Source of the DNA: Macrostomum lignano | Lineage: Eukaryota | Length of the DNA: 64,000 nucleotides | Direction of reading: 5' to 3' | Assembly: GCA_002269645.1 (NCBI GenBank) | Contig: NIVC01000166.1 | Location: 372,001 to 436,000 of the forward strand | Part shown: one piece after another, positions 13,008 to 21,366 of the stretch | Layout: every line of letters begins with the position of its first letter | Numbering within the stretch: position 1 is the first letter of the stretch | Made by a program: the position numbers and the translations under genes | The notes under the pieces: generated by a model | What the model was told of the DNA's origin: nothing | Database searches by the model: none | Seen by the model: the letters and a program-made list of their open reading frames with translations, nothing else

Positions 13008-13919
13008 TCAAAGCTGGCGCCACAGAAAACCATCGCAGGTGGCCGGCAGGACGCGCAGATGGCCGGCAGGAAGTGCAGACGGCCGGCAGGGCACGCAGGT
13101 GGCCGGGCGGGACGCGCAAGTGGCCGGCAGGACACGCAGGTGGCCGGCAGGAAGTGCAGATGGCCGGCAGGGCACGCAGGTGGCCGGGCGGGACGCGCAG
13201 GTGGCCGGCAGGACGCGCAAGTGGCCGGCAGGACGCGCAGTGGCCGGCAGGAAGTGCAGATGGCCGGCAGGGCACGCCGGTGGCCGGGCGGGACGCGCAG
13301 GTGGCCGGCAGGACGCGCAAGTGGCCGGCAGGACACGCAGGTGGCCGGCAGGGCACGCAGGTGGCCGGCAAGACGCGAAGGCGGCAGGAAGCGCAGGTGG
13401 CCGCCGCAGAAGCCGGCAGGAAGCGCACGTGGCCGCCGCAGAAGCCGGCAGGAAGCGCAGGTGGCCGCCGCAGAAGCCGCTGAGCCATTCCCCCAGGAAG
13501 CTTGACCCCACTAGCATGCAAATAAACCCATACAGTACGAGCGTAACAACATACATACAAGTAAGCAGAAAATACAGTATGAATCGGAACTGGGCACCCC
13601 AGCGAACCCGAAGTCCAGGGAGACCGACGCAGCTTTTCAGGACCTCGAGCAGCCTGCCGGGCCGGCGCAAACCGAACAGCGGGATGAGCTCGTGACAGAG
13701 CTGTCGGACGAAACAATCAAAACTCTGCCTAGACCAGTAACGGCGGCCTGCTCTCTGACGCTTTACCGGAGCGATATCCCTGCGGATGAAGAACAACGCC
13801 TGCAGCAGGACCATTGACAGTGCGCTCCTCGGTTCTCGCTGCGAGTCTCGAAACAGCCGTCTCATAGCCGTGAGCACTGACACGATTCCGTCCGACTGTC
13901 CAGCCAAAATATGCTTCAT
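13008..13919 (-). CDS. Possible second accessory ORF of the Gypsy element (303 aa; unique N-terminal ~150 aa, repeat-derived C-terminus)
   Basis: ATG at 13919; Arg/Leu-rich N-terminus and a hydrophobic stretch; no recognised domain; 3' half is a GC-rich tandem repeat. Confidence 0.3.
   Translation of the reverse strand: MKHILAGQSDGIVSVLTAMRRLFRDSQREPRSALSMVLLQALFFIRRDIAPVKRQRAGRRYWSRQSFDCFVRQLCHELIPLFGLRRPGRLLEVLKSCVGLPGLRVRWGAQFRFILYFLLTCMYVVTLVLYGFICMLVGSSFLGEWLSGFCGGHLRFLPASAAATCASCRLLRRPPALPAAFASCRPPACPAGHLRVLPATCASCRPPARPARPPACPAGHLHFLPATARPAGHLRVLPATCASRPATCVPCRPSALPAGHLRVLPATCASRPATCVPCRPSALPAGHLRVLPATCDGFLWRQL
13040..13490. repeat. GC-rich tandem repeat (GCAGGTGGCCGGCAGGACGC variants) in the element's 3' region
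   Basis: Direct inspection. Confidence 0.9.
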
Positions 13920-14006
13920 CAAACGATGGCGGAGCTGACGCGCAGCTGCCGATAACGACAGCTTTTCATCATCCCATATTGCTCCCGACGCGCGATGTGA
14001 GACAAC

Positions 14007-14546
14007 CTACTTGCTTTCCGGTACATCGATCTCCATAGCTTCTGACTCACTACTTCCGGAGGAGCCATCCGATGCCAGCAACTCGTCTTCTTCTTCTGTG
14101 TCGATGCTACACTCATCCGACTCCTCGCTCTCATCGTCGTCCGAGATTAGAATGTAGCCATCCGCTTCGTAATCGTTCCTCTGTCCCTGTCTCCCCTGCC
14201 TGAGACCAGCTTCCTTGCGCTGAGCTTCTTCAACTTCTCGCCTTTGCTGTACTCCCTCTTCGATGTCCGCCGGCATTCTTACACCAGTAGGAGGTATGAA
14301 CGTCATTGCGAAGGTTACAGCCTCGTCATACGGGATTGATTTATCGCCCAACTGGTCGTACATCGCTCGGCGATATGGACACGATAGAATTCTACCAGCA
14401 GTCTCAATTTCTTGGAAACGGCGTCCTGCGAGTTCCTTGTCCGGGTGCTTGTCCGGGTGCCAGAAGAGCGCTAGCTGTCGATAGACTCGCCTGATCTCGG
14501 CACGTTCGGCTGTGTGTCCGACTTGGAGGACAGCGTACAAATCCAT
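14007..14546 (-). CDS. DnaJ/Hsp40 J-domain protein (179 aa) carried inside the LTR retrotransposon
   Basis: ATG 14546; MDLYAVLQV..AEIRRVYRQLALFWHPDKHPDKELAGRRFQEIETAGRILSCPYRRAMYDQLG covers J-domain helices I-IV with HPD; followed by an acidic tail; intronless; no stops. Confidence 0.9.
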   Translation of the reverse strand: MDLYAVLQVGHTAERAEIRRVYRQLALFWHPDKHPDKELAGRRFQEIETAGRILSCPYRRAMYDQLGDKSIPYDEAVTFAMTFIPPTGVRMPADIEEGVQQRREVEEAQRKEAGLRQGRQGQRNDYEADGYILISDDDESEESDECSIDTEEEDELLASDGSSGSSESEAMEIDVPESK

Positions 14547-14945
14547 CTGCAAAGCAACGTACTCAAACCTGCGACACACTGTCCCTGACTCCAGATTCTA
14601 CTCCTGCTCCCCTCTTGCCAGAGCGTCATCTCCTCGGACCGTGGCCCGCGGTACCCTGCATCGTAAAGTCCCAGCGCAAATTCGAGTTGTCACCGGATGC
14701 CAGTCCGAATACCCTCCACCGATGCATAGATTTTGTAGGCAAAATTTGATTCTCGTCAAAACTTCGATGAAGATGCGATTAAAATGACTTAATGACGCAT
14801 TGGCGAACTGCTCGTACTCATGATGAATGATGCATTGATGAAGTACTCGTATTTATGATGAATGACGCATTCGCGAAATATTTTTCTGGCTTTTAACGAT
14901 AATCGCATATGAAACTGATGAGACTTCACGATGACGAGTAACCCA

Positions 14946-17900
14946 TTAGAATGTCACTGGCTGGCCGTAGCGATCCGGCGGCCGTCGCAACCTTCCGGAC
15001 CTTCGAGGCTCAGGTGCAGCTTCCACCGGGTTATGAGTAGGCTGCGGGTCGTCAACCAACTCCATCTGCTCTTCCAGCACCTCGGCGACTTCCTCAGCGT
15101 CCTGTGGCGGCATCAGTTGAGGCCGAGTCCAAGTCTCGCCTTCCGCATCTGCCTCCGAGTCCGTCTCGTCGACCACTTCCGGCGGTGCCGCGGTCCTAAC
15201 TGGTGTTTCCAGGGCGGCCGGTCGAGCGAACTTCCGGAGGTTGTTGAAGTGGACGAACTTCGACTTTTTACGATTTGACGGGTTTTCCACTTTGAAGAGC
15301 ACCTCGGATCTTCTTTCGAGCACCTTCACTGGGCCGAGCCAGCTTACGTGAAACTTTGCGGCTTCGTCTGGTTTCAGGGCGGGGCTGTAGACGAAGACAT
15401 GGTCACCCTCCTGAATATCGGATCCTCGGGTTCTTTTATCGTACTGGTCCTTCTGTCGCCGCTGATAAGTATTCAACTGCTGTCGAGCAGCGCGATGAGC
15501 TGTCTGCAATTTGTCTTCTAGCTCCTTGACGAAATTTACATGCGAATCGACAGGCTGTGGCGGCTGGTCAGTCAAGTCTATCGGTAGGCGCATCTCCGTG
15601 CCATAGACCATGTAGTGGGGAGTATAACCCGTTGCTCGATGCACGCTTGATCGGTACGCCATTAACGCAGAGCTGACGAATTCTTCCCAGTCGTTTCGTC
15701 CTGAGTCCTCTAGGCAGCACTTGAGGATGGATTTTAAACTTTTATTGAAGTTTTCTACTTGTCCATTTCCGCTCGGATGATAAGCTGTTGTTCTGGACTT
15801 GCGGATCTCGAGTATCCTGCACATTTCGCGCATCACTTGCGATTCGAAGTTTCTTCCTTGGTCGCTGTGCAAAGTACTCGGACACCCATGCTGGCTAATC
15901 CATCGATTGAAAAGCGCCCTTGCCACCGTCCTTGCCTTCTGGTTGCGAAGCGGGTACGCGTCAGGCCACTTCGTAAACGAATCTTGGACTGTCAGGAGAT
16001 AAATGTTTCCAGCCTTACTCCGCGGTAGCGGCCCGACAATGTCCATCATGACGCAATCGAATGGTGCTGCGAATGTCAACGGTTGCAGGGGTGCTCGGTT
16101 TCGCTTGCCCGGCTTTGACTTGCAGCAGGTGGCACAACCGCGAATATATTCTTCAATGGCACGAGACAATCCTGGACGCCAGTAGCGCTGAAGCACTTTA
16201 AATTTTGTCTTCGCAAAGCCCATGTGGCCACCTCCCACTCCCTCGTGTAGGGTTTTCAAGATACGATCCAATGCCTTTCGTGGCAGCACCATTTGATACT
16301 CATCGCGCCTGTCTTTGTTTCTCACAAGGAGCACGTTCTCTTGCAGCACCAGGTCGTCTTTTCGAGTCCAGACGGCTCTAGCCAGTGGACTCCAAGCTGT
16401 CTCGCTTTTATCTGGAACTGGGTTTGAGCCAAGCGCTTCCTTTACTGTTCTCAAATCGTCGTCTTGATCCTGCTCGCTTGCCAGATTGCCGGCTGAGAAT
16501 CGTTCAAATTCGACTGCATTTAGTCCTTCTGGATGCTGCGCACATGCCGGGCATGTCTCCGCTCCGAAATGTCTCCGTACTGGCTTCCTCGACATTGCGT
16601 CCGCGTTGCCATGCGATCGACCTGGTCTGTGAACGATGCGGTACTGAAATGGAGCCAACTTCTCCAACCAGCGAGCAACCTGTCCCTCGGCGTCACTGAA
16701 GTTTTTTAACCATTGCAGGCTGCTGTGGTCCGTTCGCAGACAGAACGCTTTTCCAAGCAGATAGTATCTGAACTTCATGATGAAAGTCACAACCGCTAGT
16801 AGTTCTAAACGAGTCGTACAATAGTTGCGTTCGGCTTGATTTAGTGTCTTGGACCCATAGGCGATCACTCGTTCTGCTCCATCTGGCTGGACTTGAGAAA
16901 GTACCGCTCCTATGCCCATCTTCGAACTGCCATCAGTATCGAGGATAAACTCTCCGGCATCCGGGGAGAAATCCGGATGAGCCATAACCTCTGAACTTGT
17001 CATTCGTTCCTTCAATGTTTCGAACGCCAGCTGCTGTTCCGTTTTCCATTCAAACTTTGCGTCTTTTGTTGTCAATCGAGTTAGAGGCGCTGCTATTGCG
17101 GCGAAATCTTTAATAAACTTTCTGTAATAGCCACACAGGCCCAAGAATGAATGCAGCTCCGTCGAGGATCGCGGTGTTGGCCAGTTCTTCACTTCTTGAA
17201 CTTTCTCCTCATCGGTACTGATGCCAGCAGCCGACAGCGTGTGACCGAGAAATTTCACTTGCTTTTGCAAAAAGTGACACTTCTGGGGCTTCAGGCACAA
17301 ATTTGCTTGCCGCAACTTGCTGAATATTTCCTCCAGTCTTCTCAGGTGTTCATCCACGTCGGTTGACCAAACCAGTAGATCGTCGATGTAGACGAGACAG
17401 GTTTTCCACATCTGCTTGTCCAGAACGGCTGCCATCAACCTGGTGAATGTTGCTGGGCTGTTCACTAAGCCGAACGGCATAACCTTCCATCGAAATTGTC
17501 CGCGATGCGGCACTGCAAACGCCGTCTTGTCCTGATCCTGAGGTCTCACCCCTACTTGCCAAAACCCGCTGTGAAGGTCCATTGTCGAGAAGATCTTGGC
17601 TCCGTGTACTGCCTCCAGCGCATCATCGACCCTCGGCATCGGCACTGCATCCTTGACGGTGACCTCATTCAACTTCCGATAATCGACGCACATCCTCATT
17701 TCCCCTGATTTCTTCTTTACGCACACCAAAGGAAAGCACCATGGTGACTGTGCTTCTTCGATCTGCCCCTTTTCCAGCAACTCGTTGACTTGACGATCTA
17801 CTTCTGGCTGTAAGTGGGGAGGCAGACGACGCGGTGGGATCTTGATTGGGCGCGCATTCTCGGTGTTAATTTCATGCTCCACCACGGTAGTTAACTTGCT

Positions 17901-19403
17901 TGAAGTCTGCTTGGTCGTGAACACATCGCTGTAACTCCGGACAAGGATTCTAAATTCTTCGTCTTCTTTCGTCGACAGTCCACAGTCGCCGTACGAGTTT
18001 GGTAGCAAGTCTGCTTCCGAAGGGCTGTTGCTGCCTTGGACCTTCGGCTCTTCCTGTGGATCGTCTCCTGACTCTACGGCTAAGAGCTTGATGGTGTTCA
18101 ACGGTTCGGTGGATTCTAGGGGGCAGAACCACCCGAGCGTACAACCTTGGCGAATTCTGACTGGCTCTTCCGTGATATTGATGAGTCGAGTCGGCAGACG
18201 GCTGCCGCTATTTGGGATCACTAAGGCCTTAGCAAGCCAGCGGCCAGCTGCCAAATCGTTCGCTCCGAGATTCTCAGTTAGACCGACACACCCTCTGTTC
18301 CGTCGTCCTTTGCTCTCCAGCCTTGCTGACAGAACTGCTTGATGACCTGGCGGTATTGTGCTGGACCTTGTCGCCAAAATTCTGCAAACGATCGGGCGCT
18401 CAGCTTGCCATCGGAACGGGATTGCAGTGTCCTGCACTGAAAAGACAGCTGTCTTGTAGTCGATGACGCAACTGTTGTCCCTGCAGAAGTCGGATCCCAA
18501 TACCAGTTGGTACTTCACTCCGCTGACTACCAAGGCTCGAGTATCTATTACTTTATCAGCGATTGACAGTCGCAACAGGACTGTTCTCTCGATTTCGATC
18601 GGGCTGCCGTTTGCTAAGCTAACGTAGCCTTCAGCACCGGCCAAATCTCTGACGCTCTGTTTCGGCATACTTTGGTAAGCTTCCCGTGAGATAATGGTGC
18701 AGGAAGCTCCCGAGTCCACTAGCGCGTTCACCCTCCGCCCTGCGATTGAGGCCGTAACATATATCGACGCAGGATTGATTTGAATTGACTGAGGTGCGTT
18801 GACGGTGATTGGGCGCTGCGACTGTGCAAAACCGGCTAGTTGATGGTGAGGTGCAGTACCGGACGCTGGAGGCTGATGAGGCACTGTACCGGACACTGGA
18901 TGCTGATGAGACGCAGTACCGGACACTGGAGGCTGATGAGACGCAGTACCGGACACTAGAGGCTGATGAGACGCAGTACCGGACACTGGATGCTGATGAG
19001 GCGCAGTACCGGACACTGGATGCTGATGAGACGCAGTACCGGACACTGGATGCTGATGAGATACTGTACCGGACACTGGATGCTGATGAGGCGCAGTACC
19101 GGACACTGGATGCTGATGAGCCGCAGTACCGGACACTGGATGCTGATGAGGTACTGTACCGGACACTGGAGGCTGATGAGACGCAGTACCGGACACTGGA
19201 TTCTGATGAGGCGCAGTACCGGACACTGGAGGCTGATGAGATGCGGTACCGGGCGTTTGATGATGATGAGATGAGATGACGGCTTGTTCGGAGGCTGACG
19301 AATTGCAGGGGCTCACTTGCCTCCAGCTGGTGGGCCCCTCTTGCCTTTTCCCGGCTTTGGGCACTGGAATGAGAGATGGCCTATCTCCCCGCAGTTGTAG
19401 CAC
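14946..19403 (-). CDS. pol: Pol polyprotein (aspartic protease, RT, RNase H, integrase)
   Basis: LVDSGAS protease; VDYRKLN, MDLHSGFWQ, MPFGL, YIDD for RT; DTDGS for RNase H; H..GGGHMG/C..C zinc finger and DIVGP, DQGRNFE, GQVE for integrase; uninterrupted 1485-aa frame. Confidence 0.97.
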   Translation of the reverse strand: MLQLRGDRPSLIPVPKAGKRQEGPTSWRQVSPCNSSASEQAVISSHHHQTPGTASHQPPVSGTAPHQNPVSGTASHQPPVSGTVPHQHPVSGTAAHQHPVSGTAPHQHPVSGTVSHQHPVSGTASHQHPVSGTAPHQHPVSGTASHQPLVSGTASHQPPVSGTASHQHPVSGTVPHQPPASGTAPHHQLAGFAQSQRPITVNAPQSIQINPASIYVTASIAGRRVNALVDSGASCTIISREAYQSMPKQSVRDLAGAEGYVSLANGSPIEIERTVLLRLSIADKVIDTRALVVSGVKYQLVLGSDFCRDNSCVIDYKTAVFSVQDTAIPFRWQAERPIVCRILATRSSTIPPGHQAVLSARLESKGRRNRGCVGLTENLGANDLAAGRWLAKALVIPNSGSRLPTRLINITEEPVRIRQGCTLGWFCPLESTEPLNTIKLLAVESGDDPQEEPKVQGSNSPSEADLLPNSYGDCGLSTKEDEEFRILVRSYSDVFTTKQTSSKLTTVVEHEINTENARPIKIPPRRLPPHLQPEVDRQVNELLEKGQIEEAQSPWCFPLVCVKKKSGEMRMCVDYRKLNEVTVKDAVPMPRVDDALEAVHGAKIFSTMDLHSGFWQVGVRPQDQDKTAFAVPHRGQFRWKVMPFGLVNSPATFTRLMAAVLDKQMWKTCLVYIDDLLVWSTDVDEHLRRLEEIFSKLRQANLCLKPQKCHFLQKQVKFLGHTLSAAGISTDEEKVQEVKNWPTPRSSTELHSFLGLCGYYRKFIKDFAAIAAPLTRLTTKDAKFEWKTEQQLAFETLKERMTSSEVMAHPDFSPDAGEFILDTDGSSKMGIGAVLSQVQPDGAERVIAYGSKTLNQAERNYCTTRLELLAVVTFIMKFRYYLLGKAFCLRTDHSSLQWLKNFSDAEGQVARWLEKLAPFQYRIVHRPGRSHGNADAMSRKPVRRHFGAETCPACAQHPEGLNAVEFERFSAGNLASEQDQDDDLRTVKEALGSNPVPDKSETAWSPLARAVWTRKDDLVLQENVLLVRNKDRRDEYQMVLPRKALDRILKTLHEGVGGGHMGFAKTKFKVLQRYWRPGLSRAIEEYIRGCATCCKSKPGKRNRAPLQPLTFAAPFDCVMMDIVGPLPRSKAGNIYLLTVQDSFTKWPDAYPLRNQKARTVARALFNRWISQHGCPSTLHSDQGRNFESQVMREMCRILEIRKSRTTAYHPSGNGQVENFNKSLKSILKCCLEDSGRNDWEEFVSSALMAYRSSVHRATGYTPHYMVYGTEMRLPIDLTDQPPQPVDSHVNFVKELEDKLQTAHRAARQQLNTYQRRQKDQYDKRTRGSDIQEGDHVFVYSPALKPDEAAKFHVSWLGPVKVLERRSEVLFKVENPSNRKKSKFVHFNNLRKFARPAALETPVRTAAPPEVVDETDSEADAEGETWTRPQLMPPQDAEEVAEVLEEQMELVDDPQPTHNPVEAAPEPRRSGRLRRPPDRYGQPVTF

Positions 19404-20233
19404 TTGACACCGCTACGCTGCTTCGAGCTGGACGGAGCCGCCTGCTTGGATTGTTGCTTGTCTTGAAGGCCGGGTTCGGGCGGCTCCTGCTGGCCCTGCT
19501 GCATCTGCTCCATCCGTCGGATCTTTTCTTCCATTTCCTTTACTTTTTGACGCAGTTGGCGTAGCTCCTCGTCTTTGCCGGTGTCACCTGTCGACGTTTC
19601 GGTGGCAAAGGCATTCAGCCCAGCCCTGGGTCTGGCTTTGGACTGGGTCGAAGACGCCTTCTGGGCTGCTTCAAGTTGTCTTACTGTTCGAATGGCATCG
19701 GTGAGGTTGGCCGGCTGCTGCAGGTACAGTCTTTCTCGGACAGTGTCGGTTACTCGAACGCCTTTTAGAAATCTGTCTTTCGCCAGCTCTGTCCTGGTGT
19801 CGGCATCCGCGGTGGGGAAGGCATTGCGCACCAACTCCAGCAGCTCGTCCCCGTAGGTCTCCACAGACTCCTTGTCTAGCTGATCTCGATTCGATAATTC
19901 AAAACGGTAGTCCTGGGCTGTTCTGTTCATGGTGAACCGCGCCAGTAGTGCATCCGTGAATTCCCCGTACTCGAAGTCGTCTGCCAAGTCCAGCTTATCA
20001 ACGGCAGCGTAGGCTGTTGTGAGGTCGAGTAGGCCAATCAGGTGCGGCCGCCTGGCTTCTTCTTCTATACCGACAGCCTCGCAGTACTCGTTGAAACTCT
20101 GCAGCCATAGGCTGAAATTCATCGTTGGTATGTACTTGGGCGGCTTCGAGAGTCGTGGCGCTGCTCGGTCGGCGTTGGCTCTGAGGCGCGCAGCCAGCGC
20201 ATCGATCAGTTGGTCCATAGCTTGATCACCCAT
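19313..20233 (-). CDS. gag: Gag (306 aa) with CCHC zinc knuckle
   Basis: ATG 20233 in good Kozak context; capsid-like region; coiled coil; CYNCGEIGHLSFQC. Confidence 0.93.
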   Translation of the reverse strand: MGDQAMDQLIDALAARLRANADRAAPRLSKPPKYIPTMNFSLWLQSFNEYCEAVGIEEEARRPHLIGLLDLTTAYAAVDKLDLADDFEYGEFTDALLARFTMNRTAQDYRFELSNRDQLDKESVETYGDELLELVRNAFPTADADTRTELAKDRFLKGVRVTDTVRERLYLQQPANLTDAIRTVRQLEAAQKASSTQSKARPRAGLNAFATETSTGDTGKDEELRQLRQKVKEMEEKIRRMEQMQQGQQEPPEPGLQDKQQSKQAAPSSSKQRSGVKCYNCGEIGHLSFQCPKPGKGKRGPPAGGK

Positions 20234-20457
20234 GGCCGAAGTCACTGAATACCGTTGCTACTCTTTACTCTGAGGTGGTGATAGCTATCGATCTCTGATA
20301 ACCAATCAGTTGTCTGTCACCGTGATCAATGTCTTTTGCGGTAGGGCAATAGCCGCAAGCGATAAGCAACAGTCGTTTTAATAAGAAAAAACGCTCACAA
20401 TATGACAGCAATTTTCATAGAAAGCAACTGAGCCGACTTTCAATCTTTGGGGACAGG

Positions 20458-20475
20458 GTCCCTGTTCGGGCGCCA
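20458..20475 (-). other. Primer-binding site for tRNA-Lys(UUU): TGGCGCCCGAACAGGGAC
   Basis: 18-nt match to the canonical tRNA-Lys3 PBS, 3 nt from the end of the 5' LTR. Confidence 0.92.
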
Positions 20476-20478
20476 ATT

Positions 20479-21060
20479 TGTTGTAACCCGGGTCGGCTTG
20501 GGTGCCCAGTCCCGAGTACAATATATATTATATGTGATATAACAGGCGTTGTGACGCTCTGTCTGTACTTTTATGAATACGACGAGCAGGCGTGGCGACG
20601 CTCTGCGATAATAATTCGATCCCTCTGGTGTTGTGACACTCAGAGTTCACGCTGCGGCTCGAGGTGTGGTGACACTCTCGAGTGCTTCTATTCTCTATAC
20701 CGTAGGGCGTACGCAATATATATGGTAAACGGTACCGTACTACAGAAGCTATATGGTCTCCCGGCGTTATGACGCTCTGGCAAGAATTCGGCCTAGCAAG
20801 CTTCCCGGAAAGAAAGGACTCAAACAGCAGGCGGCTTACCAGTGGCCAGATGACTGTTCACCGTTTATTATTCGCAGGTCTCAAGCGCAGTTTCCGACTT
20901 CTTCTTAATTCTCCAAGACTCTTCTCAATTAGGCTATTGTGTTTCTTTTATCCAAGTAGCTAATGTTGCTGTTTCTTTTATCAGGTCTCGCGCTTGCACT
21001 CTCGGAGCACACCAAAACACAAAAAGCACGCAGGTGGTGGGCAAGAGCCAGAGTCGCACC
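20479..21060 (-). repeat. 5' LTR, truncated (582 of 868 bp)
   Basis: Identity with the 3' LTR stops abruptly at 21060, where GT15-derived sequence begins. Confidence 0.9.
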
Positions 21061-21230
21061 TTGAGTCGGTGGAAGAAGGTCGGCTTGATGCCATTCACCC
21101 TCGTGTAGTCTGCAGTGATGTTGAAGGTGTTGTGGCCGCAGGTGTCGATGATGGTGTCAAAGTAACCGTAGCTGCACTCAGCGTCTCTAACAGCGGCAAA
21201 CATGTCGAACGAAATTTCTGCATCAAGAAC
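21061..21230 (-). pseudogene. Inverted fragment of the GT15 mannosyltransferase gene
   Basis: Reverse complement matches ~30406-30575 (FAAVRDAECSYGYF...KPTFFHRLK) with a few substitutions. Confidence 0.88.
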
Positions 21231-21366
21231 GAAACGGCAACAAACTTGTTAAGAAATCCCATAAAAATTCCGCCGCGATTCAACATGTGAACCGAACCGT
21301 TGACATCGTCGAGCTCAAGCCTCTAACAGCAACCATGGTACAATAGCTTCATGTGATGGGCTTGCA

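Larger units (their letters stand above)
11909..21060 (-). mobile_element. Ty3/Gypsy LTR retrotransposon with accessory J-domain ORF; 5' LTR truncated
   Basis: LTRs 11909-12776 and 20479-21060, PBS 20458-20475, PPT 12777-12788, gag with CCHC knuckle, pol in PR-RT-RH-IN order. Confidence 0.96.

Noticed and set aside
18809-19279. Antisense ORF (QYRTLDADE)n and CTGATGAG motifs resembling a hammerhead core
   Set aside because: This is the opposite strand of the 30-bp pol repeat; no GAAA or stems for a ribozyme.
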